Notes: generated by a model from the letters alone, not told the origin. A DNA stretch of 64,000 nt from Amphiscolops sp. MND2022 (GCA_964187785.1 OZ076409.1:24368001-24432000); one strand, 5' to 3'. Numbered from the stretch's first letter, positions 28,476 through 42,603 are shown. Numbers and translations: made by a program.

Positions 28476-29028
28476 AAACAAGACGGGATCGTCTCAAGTC
28501 GGCGCCATATCTAAGGCTCAAAAATAATCAAGGAACAACTATTGGAAACATTTGCAAAAAATTAGTTTTTTTCAAAAAAATATTTTGAAAATGTTTTTTC
28601 GAAACAAGTATTTTTTAAGTCGCACAATGCCGAAAAACTCAAAAAGAGGCCATTCAGGCTTATTAAACGTTTTTACAAACCGAAAACTTCAAAAAATGCA
28701 AGGGGGTACCCTTTGCTAGAATCCGAAAATTTTCGAAAAAAAGTCGCATAGTGCCGAAAAAAACCAAACAAAAAAAACGAAACAAAAAAAACCTTTGGTC
28801 TCGCATCTACTTTTGGAAGCATAAAAAATTTGTGGTTTAGTGCGAGAATCGAACCCACGATCTCCTGCTTCTCAGAAAATTAGTTGAACAAATGTGAACA
28901 AATGAACAAAGATTGTAAGAAAAGTGGACCACTCAGAGTGAGATTGTCAACTGAAAAAAAAAACAAAAAAAACTACTCACTGTAAGAGTCGGGCGTTTTT
29001 CCTTAAGGGAAAAGGCGCCGACTAAAAA
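28476..29028 (-). mobile_element. HINE family A copy with tRNA B-box remnant
   Basis: Minus strand: TTTTTAGTCGGCGC...CCCGACT 5' hairpin; GGGTTCGATTCTC near 28845-28857; 3' GCGCCGACT + AGACG-ATCC-CGTCT + TGTT. Confidence 0.78.
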
Positions 29029-29346
29029 TTTCGAGTTTTTTATGAAAAATAATTCTGAAGAAGTTCGGTAACTTCAATTTTTTTTCAGTTCACGCTAACA
29101 AACAATTTTGCGAAATTCTTTTCTGAGAATAAGAATAAAACCGGAAGTGAGCTGAAGAACTAAAATACAAGACTTAATTGTTAAAAAGGAGATTCTTTTG
29201 AAATTACGTGAAATGTTTCATTGGAAAGTCAATTGGGAGCAAAGAAAGTGCAGAACAATATCATCTAGAAAAGTGTGGAAGAAGATAAAAAAACCGTAAT
29301 TGGCTTGAATCGTCGCTTCTTTTAATGTTCAAAAATCCCGAAGCTT

Positions 29347-32300
29347 TGTAGTGGGTACTTGTGGCGGTAAATTTGCCTTATGTTTCTTTCTTTCATACGT
29401 TTCTTACGTTTCTCTAGTAGTAGTAGCGATCATGAATCACAATGATATGAATCACCATAATCTCCTGCGCCTTGAATGATCGCATTCAACCAAAAGGGTG
29501 TCATGGTCAGTGTTTTACGTGGGGACTTAATTGTACTCTGAAATACTCAGACATTGTTACTAAGCAATACAAAAACTAAAAAGTTGAAAAGAGTCAATAT
29601 GACCATCAGATGGAACGAAAACGTGTAATGTAAACGAATTATTCAATGAAGAACAGACATGAAATAAGAAGAAAAGCAAAAGCTGTTTAATTAACTTTGA
29701 AATGACCTCGATTGCAAACAAACTGAACGCAATTGTAAATGCGCACACATTTTCTATAACGGCAATTTTCGTAATTTAACAATGGGTCGGTTTTGCGATC
29801 CACTTAGCTGTCCAAATCTATACGACACGAGTGCGATTATCGTTACCTTTGAACAGTTTGGTTATTCTACCCGAAGACCATTCCAAAACACGAACATTAT
29901 CGTCAACGATCAAAACCAAATCTCCAACATTAAAGGTTTCGTTGTCATTTGTCCATTTCTTTCTTACTTGGAGAGAAATAATGAAACTACGATGCCATTC
30001 GTTCCAGAAACTACATCCCATTTGCTGTAATCGCTGAATGTTTTTCAAACTATGCGAGCGAGAAGGATTTGAGGTGATGTCCGGCATGACATTAATCGAA
30101 GAGCCAATTACAAAGTGTCCTGGCGTGAGAGCAGTTACACTATTAGCATCGATGGACATCACTGTGATGGGTCTGGAGTTAAGCAAACATTCAATTTGGG
30201 TCAAAAGCGTTGTAAAGTCTTTTTTTCTGTTTTTTTTTCAATGTTCGTCGCTAATGATGTTTCAGTGACTTCGTAGAGGTTTCCCAAAGACCACCGAAAA
30301 TGCGGGGCACGGACAGGGATAACAAGCCACTCAATCCTTTTCGATGACAAATTCTGTTTGATAACCTGTGTAAAATAATTGGAATTGAAGGAAAAATCAA
30401 GATATGAATGAGAAACTATAAAGTTGGTCGCATTGTCGGAAAATATTTTTGCGGGTGGTCCACGGCGGGCACAAAAATGTGTAATTGTTGCAAAGCAAGC
30501 TTTCTCTTTTACCGAGCTGACGACTTCAAGATGAAAAGCTTTGGTTGACATACAACCAAAGATGCAAACATAAACTTTCGAGTGATTCGTCTGTGAAATT
30601 TTCACGTAAACCGGGCCAGTAAAATTAATTCCAACGTCATTTAATGTTCGGGAAGCTGAAATACGTTCTGCAGGAAGGTCACCTTTGATTGGTCACCATT
30701 AACTGGATTGTTTCTTTACTGTTATAACGGCTGCGTGTAACGAAAATTTTGATGAAACGAAACGTTTAATATGTGGTTCCGTTGCAACTATCCAAAAAGT
30801 TTGTCGAACAATGTTTAGAACAAGTTCTACTCCACCATGTAGAGTTTCATAGTGGGCATGGGCATTCAACATATTGACAATCGCTGAATTCTTGGGAATC
30901 AAAATTTGATTCGTTTTCAGATCGGAACATTTCCTTGGTTATTGAGACCGCCAACGCGTAAGATATCGGTTTCTTGGTCGATGAAAGGACAAAGCGTTTT
31001 GTAAAAGTTAGATGACGGTAGTAGCTCATTTTGTTTTAGAAGAGAATTTTCATTCGATAACTTGATGTCTTGAATATGTCGTAAAATTTTTATTGTTAAT
31101 GATTGAATTGCTGCTGCAGTAGGAACAATTTCAGGCATTTCTTTGGTTCTGAGGAGTTTACGGAGACTGTAAACGTGGCAAAAAACTCTACCCAACTTCC
31201 GGAAACAGTGGAAATTTTCTGGTTTAAAAGATAACTGTTTTTGAACTAACTGACAAGAAGATGTATAATTATTTGAATCATTAACTGGAAAAGGTTGTTG
31301 AATGGGCATGTTGTTCTGTCTTTCAACCATTTGGGACCATGCCACCAAAGCAGGTCTGAATTCAATTTAGTAGCAGTGATACCTCGAGAACGTAAGTCAG
31401 CAGGATTTTGGTCACTGCGAACATGATTCCATGGTTCGAACGGCAGTAATGATTGAATGTAAGCAATACGATTGCGAAAGAAAGTTTTCTAAGTAAAAGC
31501 AGGCTTTGACAACTATGAGAGAACAATGGTTGAATCAGTCCAACCATTGAGAGAAATATCATCATCAAGAATAACGGCTGAAACTCTTTTGACATTTGCT
31601 AATAATTTCGTACCAAGGACTGCAGCGGAAAGTTCTAAACGATGCAAGGAGAGAGAGATCAAAGGTACACTCTTGTTTTGACATTGAATGACGGCAAAAA
31701 CGACTGCACCGTAGGCTTTTTCGGATGAATACATTTACCTCTATTTTTCGAACTGTCTCTTCCTTTTTTGATTGGTAAAGTACAGCGATCGATGGCAAAT
31801 TTATCAAATGAAAAAGGCTCTGACGAAGAACAAACAGTTCATCCAAGATTGAGGCGGGTAATGTTTGACCCCAGCCCAATCTAATTTTCCATAGATTCTG
31901 GATGAAACATTTGAAACTTATAAGAACTGGTGCAAGATATCCGAGAAGATCAAGAAACTTGGTAACTTCTGACAAAGTTTCTCGTTTAGTTCTTGGAGTT
32001 TTGCTGGCTAACTTGACTTGAAAATTCAAAGAGTTAGGCATTGGTCTCCATACCACACCAAGAGCTTTGACTTTATACGCATCACTCTCAAAAGTTAATT
32101 CGTCCTTGGTTTCTCGAAGATCAACCGGTAACCTTTCAATTAACTCCGACTGGTTTGAATTCCATTTACGTAATGGAAAACCAACTTGTTGTAAAACTGC
32201 GGTCAGAGTGTTTTGTAAAGTTCTAGCATCGGAAATGTTCGAGCACCCATTTAGTAAATCATCCACGTACATGTCGTTTTCAATGACTTCATGAACCTTT

Positions 32301-34041
32301 GCGGGTGCAGTTTTAGCTAATTCAACTGCAGAACAAGTGAAATGGTAGCCCGCTGAAGTAATTCCGTAGCAAACACTGAGCACAATTTCATGGAATCGAA
32401 GCCGAAGAAGGTCACTCTGAATTCTGGGACCCACCATAAGGTTTCTATTTAAGGATGTGTTGGAAGTAGATTTTGCGAAAGCATCAAAAACAACTCTAAG
32501 CTTAGTTGTTGTGCTATCGGACTTGGTTACAAAGTTATGGGGTAAGTAAAAACTGTCTGCTGGTTTGATATCAAATTCATTTGGAGGAACGACTTCCATC
32601 TGACACAGACTTAAAAACTCTCTAATAATTAATTCGATATATTGATTTTTCACCTCAAGACGTTTCTACTATTTTTCCATACTAAGAAACCGTCTCCTGG
32701 CAATGGAAAGAGAGTCACCCAAAGGTTAAGGGTTGTTTTTTCCAAATTTCTTCATTTCAAATGCTTTTAAGATATCATAATCCTGTACTCCCGTGCCATG
32801 TGAAGCTATTTCCCATTGCCGCGGTGTTTCCTGATCTAGACGTTCGGTGATGAGAAAATTGCCTAAAAAGGTCATAATGTTCAACTGGCAGTCCAAGTGC
32901 TTGTACACTGAGTCGATGCTCTTCGACACCTTCAATTAGTTTCTTCAGATCTTTCCCGTTGTCCTTCCGCAAATCAAAAACACTTTGCACATGTGCACGA
33001 GCGATCATTCGTGGATTATCGCAACGTTTTTTGAGTACTTCTAATGCGGTATGATAATTACTGTCTGTAATCGTAAAAGAAGACAACAAAGTATCGAGTT
33101 CCACTAAAAGATAGTAAGTTTAGTTTTGGCAAACGTGCGTTGTTTCTGGCAGCTGCTGAAGAAGTACCGTGTACATGTGTTGATGTAGTTGTTTCGGCGT
33201 TATTAGATTCCGCATCTCTGTTTATTATCTCAAGGAGACGTTTTATGTTATCGAAAATAATGAAAATTTGGTCATTCAAATCAGCGGAAAGTACGATAGC
33301 CTCTTCAATCTCATCAGCATTCAGACTTACGAGAATCTTTTCATCTAATGTTTGAATTTCTGTCAAACGTTTTTCCATTAGGCTGATTAGCTGGCTGATG
33401 CAGTTATTATCATCAACACTAATTGAACGTCCTTCGATAGTAGTTTTCGCCTCATTGATTTAACGTGTACAGAGACCACGGTGAGCAGCTCTTGATCGGG
33501 TGTTTGCGTCACCCATTTTAAGATAAATTAGGCAAAATGACTTCAAGAAACGAATCAAAGTAAATTTAAGTGTCAACTCTAATAATTTCTGTTCTCGAAA
33601 AATGGCAGGCGAAACAAACTTTGAAACTGTTTTCGGAGGAAACTGTAATGTAAAAGAAATTCTCTTGCTTTAACTTAACTTTCGGTATGAGATTCTGGCA
33701 CTGAAGATGAAAGTGCTTTTGATAACTTCAAGAGTGAAAATTTCAAGGCTGATAACTTTAGAACTTTCGGACTAATAGGACTGGAATAAGGGCGAGCTGT
33801 ATAAGAGATTTTAAACTTGAAACTTGAAAAAAGAATGTATTTATGTTGAAACTACTTAGCTTTTGTGTTGTCTGTAGAAGAGCTGTGGAGATTCTTTTGC
33901 GACACCATTATTATAGTGGGTACTTGTGGCGGTAACTTTGACTTACGTTTCTTTCTTGACTTAACAGAAAAAGTAACTTGTTCACAATAGTAGCAGTAGT
34001 AGTAGTAGAGATCATGAATCAAAATAGTATGAATCACCACA
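29347..34041 (-). mobile_element. BEL/Pao LTR retrotransposon, decayed, internal deletion of the protease region
   Basis: Short LTRs 33912-34041 and 29347-29459, PBS-like TGGTGTCGC at ~33907, PPT CAAGGCGCAGGAGA. Fragments: RLPKLNLLSFSG (gag), TTKLRVVFDA / YVDDLL (RT), EKAYGA / RLELSAA / WTDS (RNase H), FSDNATNF / APHF (integrase). Confidence 0.93.
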
Positions 34042-34386
34042 TTGCTTTTGAAAAGTTTCTGTTACTAAAAAGTTTTTCTCAAATTGAATACAACAAGGTC
34101 AAGGGTGAACTTTATTGAATTTTGAAGAAATGCAAAAAATTACTCTGACGAAAAACATTAATGGGTTTTTTCTAGCCTTTGCTAGAAACGGGGTGTCCTT
34201 TGCTACTTTCTAGCCTTGTAAAATGGTCCTAGATTAATTTTGGATTCGCTTCAGGACGATATGAAATCACAAATGAAGTTGAACAAATTGATTCGCATTA
34301 TCTAATGAATGTACTCTAAAAGTTCCATCTCACTGTCGCATCCATTCTTTTCCAAAAAACGAGTCCTTTTTAGCTTGTTTTTCCAG

Positions 34387-36940
34387 TTTTTGGGGCACGA
34401 GCGGAGCGAGATGCCCATATGGTGACGTTTTTTTTTCGCAGATTTCGTGACATGTGCCAACTTTTCAAACTTGTGCGGCAAATTTCTCAAAACCCATAAC
34501 AGATACGGACACCATTTTTCCGCTAAAAGTTGCGCAGGTTCCTGGGCTACATTTTCGTCGAAAAAAAAAGTTCGAAAAAATTCGGCTTCATGGTTTTTTT
34601 TTGAAAAGAAGTTTTGAAAAAACGCTATTTTTGACTGTTTTTTATGTTTGATCCCCTATTTCTCAGAACCAGGACCAAATACAGGGTCCATGGTTTCGTG
34701 TAATTTACAAGCGTTTCATAGGCTACATTTTCGCTCAAAATTGGCGTCAAAATTTTTTTCAGACTTGGTTTTTTGGGCAAAAAAATGGATGAAAAAAAAT
34801 GTCGAAAAACTTTTTCTCATTTGTAGCTCATATTTCTCAAAACTGACGAAAGATACAGAAACCATTCTCCCTCAAGATAAACAGCAAGGATGTAAGCTAG
34901 GTTTTGCACCGACAAAGTTTCCGTCATCACGCATGACGCGTTCGTTTTTCTGCTAAAAATACTTGTTTTTTTTTGAAAAATTTTCCTATTTATTTTATAC
35001 TTGAGCCCCTATATCTCAAGACCGAGAACAAATACGCAGTCCATGGTTTCGTAATTTGTACTAGGGCTCAGTAGGCTGCGTTTAAAACCAATAATGACGT
35101 CGAATTTTTTTTGCTCCGGTTTTTTTGGGCAAATAAAGGGATGAAGAAGAAATTTGAAAAATTTCACATTTTTTCATAATTTGTAACTAATTATCCTCAG
35201 AACTGAAAAGAGATACGAAAAACCTTTGTCCTAGCCAAAAGTTGCGCAGATTCCTGGGCTACATTTTCGTCGAAAAAAAAATCGATAAAAATTCGGCTTC
35301 ATGGTTTTTTTAAAAAGAAGTTTTGAAAAAACGCTGTTTTTGACTGTTTTTTTATGCTTGATCCCCTATTTCTCAGAACCAGGACCAAATACAGGGTCTA
35401 TGGTTTCGTGTAATTTACAAGCGTTTCATAGGCTACATTTTCGCTCAAAATTGGCATCAAAATTTTTTTCAGACCTGGTTTTTTGGGCAAAAAATGGATG
35501 AAAAAAAATGTCGAAAAATTTTTTCTCATTTGTAGCTCATATTTCTCAAAACTGACGAAAGATACAGAAACCATTCTCCCTCAAGATAAACAGCAAGGAT
35601 GTAAGCTAGGTTTTGCACCGACAAAGTTTCCGTCATCACGTATGACGCGTTCGTTTTTCTGCTAAAAATACTTGTTTTTTTGAAAAATTTTCCTATTTAT
35701 TTTATACTTGAGCCCCTATATCTCAAGACCGAGAACAAATACGCAGTCCATGGTTTCGTAATTTGTACTAGGGCTCAGTAGGCTGCGTTTAAAACCAATA
35801 ATGACGTCGAATTTTTTTTGCTCCAGTCTTTTTGGGCAAATAAAGGGATGAAGAAGAAATTTGAAAAATTTCACATTTTTTCATAATTTGTAACTAATTT
35901 TCCTCAGAACTGAAAAGAGATACGAAAAACCTTTGTTCTAGTCAAAAGTTGCGCAGGTTCCTGGGCTACATTTTCGTCGAAAAAAAATTCGAAAAAAAAT
36001 CGGCTTCATGGTTTTTTTAAAAAGAAGTTTTGAAAAAACGCTCTTTTTGACTGTTTTTTTATGCTTGATCCCCTATTTCTCAGAACCAGGACCAAATACA
36101 GGGTTTTTGGTTTCGTGTAATTTACAAGCGTTTCATAGGCTACATTTTCGCTCAAAATTGGCGTCAAAATTTTTTTCAGACTTGGTTTTTTGGGCAAGAA
36201 AATGGATGAAAAAAAATGTCGAAAAATTTTTTCTCATTTGTAGCTCATATTTCTCAACACTGACGAAAGATACAGAAACCATTCTTCCTCAAGACAAATA
36301 GCAAGGATGTGGGCTTTTTTGTACTAATCAAGTTTTTGTCATCAAGTATGACGCCTCCGTTTTTCTGCTAAAAATACTTGACTTTTTTGAAAAAATTTCT
36401 CAGTTCTTTTTTACTCGAGCTTGTATATCTGTATCCTGTATATCAGGACCGAGAACGAATACGGAGTCCATGGTTTCGTAATTTGTACGAGGGTTCAGTA
36501 GACTATGTGTAAAGGTAAAAATGACGTCGACTTTTTTTCGCTCTGGTATTATTGGGCAAATAAATGGATGAAGAAAAAATTCGAAAAGTTTACATTTTTT
36601 CCCAAATTGTAACTGATTTTTCTCAGAAGTGAAAGTAGATACGAAAACCATTCTCCCTCACAGAGTTATGCAAAGATGTAGGCTAGTTCTTGTACTATCA
36701 AAGTTTTCGTCATCAAGTATGACGCCTACGTGTTTCTGCTAAAATTACAATTTTCATTTTTCTCAAACTTCAATTTCTCAATTTTCTTCTTAGTTCTTTC
36801 ATCTAAATTTTCTTGATCTGAGACTAGATGAGTTCACTAGGTTTTGGAATCTGGGATATACCCATTTTCTAGCACCTTCTGCAGACCATTGAACGTTTCT
36901 GCTCGTGCCCAAGCGCGACATGCCGTCGCGCCTATGTTTT
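34387..36940 (+). mobile_element. HINE family C element carrying a central satellite array
   Basis: T-run + GGGCACGAGC (34393-34402) with partial IR TGCCC; inverse GCTCGTGCCC (36901-36910) + hairpin GCGCGAC-ATGCC-GTCGCGC + CTATGTTTTT. Confidence 0.75.
34430..36760. repeat. Satellite: ~177-bp monomers organised as a ~707-bp 4-mer higher-order repeat
   Basis: AAAAGTTGCGCAG...GGGCTACATTTTCG at ~34525, 35237 and 35944; GGCTAC/GCTAG/GGCTGC anchor every 175-185 bp. Confidence 0.85.
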
Positions 36941-37097
36941 TAAATGTCCATTTCTTATTTTCCGACCCACATTTTCAATGGGGAGGAAAATCATCATGTG
37001 TTGCGTTTTTTTCCAAATTCTGCCAAATCTCCACTTTGTACAACTCCACTCCACTTACTCAGTCTCCCTGCTAAGCCTTCATCCTTCATACTGAGAT

Positions 37098-37236
37098 GGG
37101 AATAATATCTAAAGTAAAAATGGGATTAAGATCTAAAGGAAATAAGATCTAAAATTTCAGGACGGGAATAAGATCTAAAGGGAATAAGATCTAAAATCAC
37201 TAAATTTTAGATCGTATTATTTAGATCCTATTCCCC
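37098..37236. repeat. Short tandem/inverted GGGAATAAGATCTAAA repeats (MITE-like)
   Basis: About five direct copies, then inverse TTTAGATCCTATTCCC. Confidence 0.55.
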
Positions 37237-38530
37237 TCCCAAAATAGCTATGGCTCAAGTGATGAAGGCGAAAAGGGAGGAAAATATCCCGGTGCTTCGC
37301 GGGCGTCTTGTTTAATTTCATGTCTAAAATGGAACAAAAATAAAATCAGCCAAAACTTCGCTACACTTTTTCTCAAAAGCTTCCAAAATGAACGCTTTCG
37401 TCTCAGCTCACCAATTTGCTATTAAGTTGGTTGAAAGAATTTCCACCAATTGAACGAGATGACCAATTTTGTCGTTCTGTACGTGTTGGAATAAATCTTG
37501 GTAAATCCTCGGAACAAATACGTCCCGAACGACAACTGTTGAGTTCGAAAAAGTTAGAGATTCGAAGTTTGTCTGAGACATTTTTTCGTTACGAACAACG
37601 GTTTACGAGATACTGCATAATAAATTCGGCAAAAGTCAATATTTAAGACGTTAAATCTTTTGGAATTTTTGTTTGATTTCCAAACAAAAAATATCACTGT
37701 GATTCTGATATAAATTTGGGAATGGTTTGCTTGTAGGACTTTTGTGTTACTTGATTATGTAAGAAATGATTGCGAATTGGCATTTTCCATCAGCGAATTC
37801 AAGTGTCTTTAACTTTTTGGCATCCTAGTGTATTTGATCGGACATTTTTTTAAAAAAAGTTTTGAAATGCTTTGACAATGGAAGCCCTAGAATGAGCCGT
37901 GATAGTCAAGCTGGGCAACTACATGTACTTTTAGTTTCCAATTGGTTCACGCTTTGAGGTGTTCCTTTCAATATAAACGGAGTGGCCATCGCAAAGTATA
38001 ACGCAATCACATAGTAACTGAATAATAAAAAAGCAAAGATCAAATTTCGTGTCATCGAAATCTTGATGAATCACTTTGATACCTCACTATTGGCGATTAT
38101 TTATGGCCCAAGTTGCTGGCAGCGTTACATATAGCTCTCTAAATTGACATGGGTAGATATAACTTAACACGTTAATGGATTAATCCATAAATCAATGGCA
38201 ACTGACGTAGCGAATGAGATTATAATATCGTCATTTTAGGGCCACAGGGTAGCTATTATTTTCCCGATAAGTACTCCGTGGTGTTTTGCCACTAGTTGTC
38301 ATATCAACATTAGGGTATCCCGTCAAAAAGTTAGGTCTCTAGAGACGCAAACGTCGCATCTCAATTGAGGCAAGGCGATGGATGCTTTCCAGTTATTGAT
38401 GACGGCTATACAACAGTTATCCCAAGATTTCGTGCTTCAACTTAACCGATTGTTAGCTAGCCGGTGTATTCTGGGATAATTTATTAGAACCAACGAAAGT
38501 AACAAAACTTATAGAATATTTACGTTTCAG

Positions 38531-38789
38531 GAGAGAAAGTGTTGTACAAGCAAACCATCAACAAAAAGTCAGAGTACGGCAAATCCAACATCATCAGTCG
38601 AGACGGAGAGCTGGCTATCACGAGAGACAGTCAATTCCAGATAACAGCCTTCTGCTCCTTCGATGCCAGAGGTTACGTCACCGCCTTTTTCCAGGCAGTA
38701 CAAGAGGTGCCTCTCAACGCCACTGGCTTCAACTACTACCAATACAGTCTCCGCTTGTACAAATCTGACTCCTATTCTCACTATTTCAA
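38531..38789 (+). CDS. EGF-ZP protein exon (ZP-N/linker/ZP-C start)
   Basis: TTTCAG|...|GTTAGT; GEKVLYKQTI...ITRDSQFQITAFCSFD...YSLRLYKSDSYSHYF, in phase with its neighbours. Confidence 0.88.
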
Positions 38790-40190
38790 GTTAGTTTTCA
38801 CTATGCTCATGAACACCTGTTGCTACTCAACTTCCCTTAAAATGGTACAGTCACAGATGTTTGTGCTACTGACTCTATTGAAGACTATTAAAAATCTAAA
38901 TCGAAAAAGTGGCTAAAACAAGATCATCCCCAAGCTCAGTAGAGCGATGCCCTTGGGGATTAAACAGCATATCGGGAGACTCAAACCGCGCAATTTGACA
39001 TCTGATAGAGACATTTGAAAAACTTCTTTCGTAATTTTCGAGTCTTATTAAGATTAACTGTTAACTAAATAGCTGCAAATTCTAAATTTAAGATTTATTC
39101 AGGGTGGGGATTATTAGCAGCCTTGTCTCAAAAGGAATACATACAAAACGCTAAAAGGTCCCAAAAACCACAAGTATTGTCACTTTCGGCACTACGAAAG
39201 CAAGGAAATATTAGCGTTTCCTAGTATAAAGTTACAGCGAGAAGACAAAAATTTTACTTAAGCCAGTGAAAAGCTGCTTTCGGAACTAATGTTTTTCAAG
39301 ACAGCATCAGTCTAGCATTCTGTATTCCCTGTCAAAATTTGATCCACTAATTCCAAAAACGTTGAAATGTTCTTGAGCACATTTTTAAAAGAGAAAATGC
39401 TAAACGATTTACAGCATGAATCTTCGACTAAGCACGCGAATAGCAATCGATTTCAAAGGGCGCGGGAACTCTCATGAAACTGCACAAATGCTGTGAAATG
39501 ATCAAAAATTGACAAATTTGGAACAAAAATCTAGAGACTTTGAAAGAACCTTATTGAAAGTCTTAAATTTGATATAATCGTGGGTAGGAAATGGGCCAGC
39601 TCGTCGCAGAACTCCTCATTTTTTTGAAGAACGATACGTTAATTGTTCAAGAAAAATAGATATCTAGCCTTCGAATTGCGAAATGATTTACATTCCAAAA
39701 AAATTTGAGCTTTTAGCGAGCGATCTGTCGAATCATGCTCCATTTATACTCATGCTCCAAAAAGTTTATCTTCATTCATATCCTAATTTCCGAAAAACAG
39801 TCGTTTCACAAAGCTAAAAAAGTGATCTTTTCGAACATTTTGATCCTGGAAATTTCTTGAAAATTGCAACTCCCAATTTTTGTAATCTTGATAGTACTTC
39901 AGGTACTCATAGCATCTTGCACATAATTGGTATCTACCAGTCAAAAAATCACTACATGATAGGTTCCATCGAAAACTCATACTATGTATACGCCCCGTCA
40001 AGCATATCTCTACAGGCCTTAGAATAAATTGAGATCAGCGGCTTCATTTCGAAAAATCCCATTCTGAGAGTTCAAAATTCCAACAGAAAACGCACTTTTA
40101 GCTCAATAAAAAAACCATTTGATTAACTTATGGTAAAAACTTTTGGCAGTTTTGAAACTCATTAGATTGTGATTTTCCATCCTTATCCAG

Positions 40191-40352
40191 AGAAAAAGAC
40201 TACCCGGTGGTTGTGACGATTGGCGATGATCTCTATTTTGCAGCAGCTCTTGGCACCAAACAACTGGGCTTGAAAGTGCTGGCAAGAACTTGCTGGGCTA
40301 GCCGCACTAATTCACCTTTAGATCCCTCCAGATACTACTTACAGCGTGATGG
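40191..40352 (+). CDS. EGF-ZP protein exon (ZP-C)
   Basis: TCCAG|...|GTGAGT; KDYPVVVTIGDDLYF...TCWAS...RYYLQRDG, typical ZP-C motifs. Confidence 0.9.
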
Positions 40353-40495
40353 GTGAGTCTTTTGGTTGCTAACATTTCGTTTTTTGGTTGAGCAGAGAAC
40401 ACAGATTTTAGTACAGGATTATTTTCTGCCCATCTGCTACCATCAACACAACAGCTGAGTTGGTGTGAGCGATAGCCTCTGATGCGCTGACGCCG

Positions 40496-41080
40496 TTTTT
40501 AGTCGGCGCATTTCAACAAAATGAGCCCGACTATTACAGTGGCAAGTTTTTTTCCTTTTTTTCGTCAGACAACAGAATGTATGCGTAGTGGACACTTTTT
40601 CTACAGAACTACTAAACTACTGGACCGGAAAGCGGAAACGCATCTAAGTTAGTGCAAAGGGTCCCCCCTTCGTGTACTCAATTTTTAACGAAAAATACAA
40701 AATCGGACGGGACTACAGGGTCCCCCCTTTGAATTTTTTTCGACACTGTGCGATTTCTTTCGATTTTTTGTCGCCAAAGGGTCCCCCTTCAATTTTTTTT
40801 GATATTTTGCAGCAGACTGAAATTTCAAAAAGCCTAAAGGGTCTCCCCTTCTAGTTTTTCGGCACTATGAGACTGTTTCAAAATACTAATTTTTCGTTTT
40901 TTTCAAAAAAAAAATTTTGAATTTTTTAAAATGTCTCCAAAGGGTCTCCTTCAATTTTTTTGATAGTTTTCAACAAACTGGATTTTCAGAAAGTCGAAAG
41001 GGACCCCCTTTTACAATTTTAAAAACTTTGCGCTTTTGAGCCTTAGATATAGCGCCGACTTTAGAAGTTCCCGTCTTGTT
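40496..41080 (+). mobile_element. HINE family A copy
   Basis: TTTTTAGTCGGCGC...GCCCGACT at the 5' end; GCGCCGACTTTAGAAGTTCCCGTCTTGTT at the 3' end. Confidence 0.78.
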
Positions 41081-41626
41081 GCAACTAAAAGGTCAGAAAT
41101 TAGCTACTCTGATAAAACAAACGAGTTAGTTTCGTTAGAGGACTTTTCGAAATTAGTTATTTTAATCAACGCTCCAATTTCTTTCGATTACTTGTTGGTG
41201 AGGATTAAAGATACTGTTCTCTCGATTATTCAGACAAAAAGGAAAATCAAAATAACAAGACATTCTATTAATCAAGCTGAACAAGCGGCTGAAACTCTAC
41301 TAAGAATGTTTTGTCAAGTTTCAACAGAGAAACTAGTACCTTTTCTAGACTGAGCTTGGCTGATATCATATAACCATAAGAAAAACTTATTTCGTTTTTT
41401 TTTGTGAAAAGCACATGAAAGTCTGGGAATAATTTTCAAGTGAAAGTACTTACTCACTTGAAGTACTTAACACAACAGGCCAACCATTTGAGGATTTCGT
41501 TTGAAAAAAATAGTGCATTAATCTAAGCACTCTGAGAACTCCAAAGAATTGCTTTCATTTTCACATATTTCAAGCTATATCTATAACTTTAGGGTAGAAG
41601 ATATTGAATTGTTGCTTCCATTGCAG

Positions 41627-41802
41627 ATGTCCAGAGGATCCCACATTTGTGCGACTTGCTAGTGATGACCCACACCTGGACAAATTCACCTTCAAAGCAT
41701 TCCAGTTCATATCGGACCAGACAGCGGTTGTCTACATCCACTGCGAAGTCTTCTCCTGTGCAGGCGATAGACCCAACACCAACTCTGTTTGCGATGTTCC
41801 GA
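41627..41802 (+). CDS. EGF-ZP protein exon (ZP-C end)
   Basis: TTGCAG|...|GTTAGC; GCPEDPTF...FTFKAFQF...VYIHCEVFSC, the ZP-C signature. Confidence 0.92.
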
Positions 41803-42079
41803 GTTAGCAAATCCAATTTTTACCTTAATTCCGATGGAAACACGGGAAAATCTGTACATTATAAAGTTCAGAACTAAATCATAAGAGTTGCAGCTGAAAG
41901 CTGAAATTTAACAAGCCCTCAAATCTCAATTAACCCATGGCCTTAGAATGGCCACTAGTTTAAGTTGTGTATTTTCTCAACTCGCATAAATCGTTAATTT
42001 ATCTAAAGTACTGAAAGTTGAGCACTTCGATACGGTACATGTATATACGACAATTCACTACTGAAGGCCTGAATTTCAG

Positions 42080-42319
42080 CTATATGTCCTAGAAGATACA
42101 AAAGACAGTTGAATTACAACAGAACGCCAGAAAAATCATTGGATGAGAGTGAAGTTTCGAAAAACATTGATCATGAAAATTCAACTACTTTCTTGAACCG
42201 AAGAGCCGAGGACGATGTGCAAACTTTTGGCGGTCTCTCAGAGGGTCAGTACGAAAGGGTGATTGTCAGTCAACGAGGTGCCATGGTTTTTGTGCCCCAA
42301 GATAGCAAAATCAAACCGG
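42080..42319 (+). CDS. EGF-ZP protein exon (furin site and external hydrophobic patch)
   Basis: TTTCAG|...|GTAAGT; ICPRRYKR consensus furin site, then VIVSQRGAMVFV. Confidence 0.85.
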
Positions 42320-42462
42320 GTAAGTCACCTCATATGTATGTCCCGTAGCTATCTTTCAATTGAAAAATCCAACCTTAAGAATAACGAAAAAAAATTACAA
42401 AACATTGCTCTCGGTTAGCTGAAATGTTTTGAGAAACAAAACACAACTTATTGGTGTTTCAG

Positions 42463-42603
42463 TTCCGGCCGAGGATGAAAGTTTGGATGCTAAGAAAAAA
42501 GATAGCACTGTTCGTCCGGATAGGCCTCGGAAGCCAAAAACCCCCAACAGATGCAGTTCTCTCTTTGGTTGTCTAATACAATCCATTTCGAGTCTTTTTC
42601 AAT
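42463..42603 (+). CDS. EGF-ZP protein, possible cassette exon
   Basis: TTTCAG acceptor in phase 1, open frame VPAEDESLDAKKKD...SLFQ; donor T|GTGCGT is inferred. Confidence 0.55.

Noticed and set aside
29341..34047. TSD of the minus-strand BEL element
   Set aside because: Flanks AAGCTT and TTGCTT match only partly, so no TSD is claimed.
16245..37832. Inverted related sequences at ~16245-16440 and ~37660-37832 as ends of one 21-kb transposon
   Set aside because: They are too diverged, enclose host exons and have no convincing TSD; better explained as two old copies of one family.
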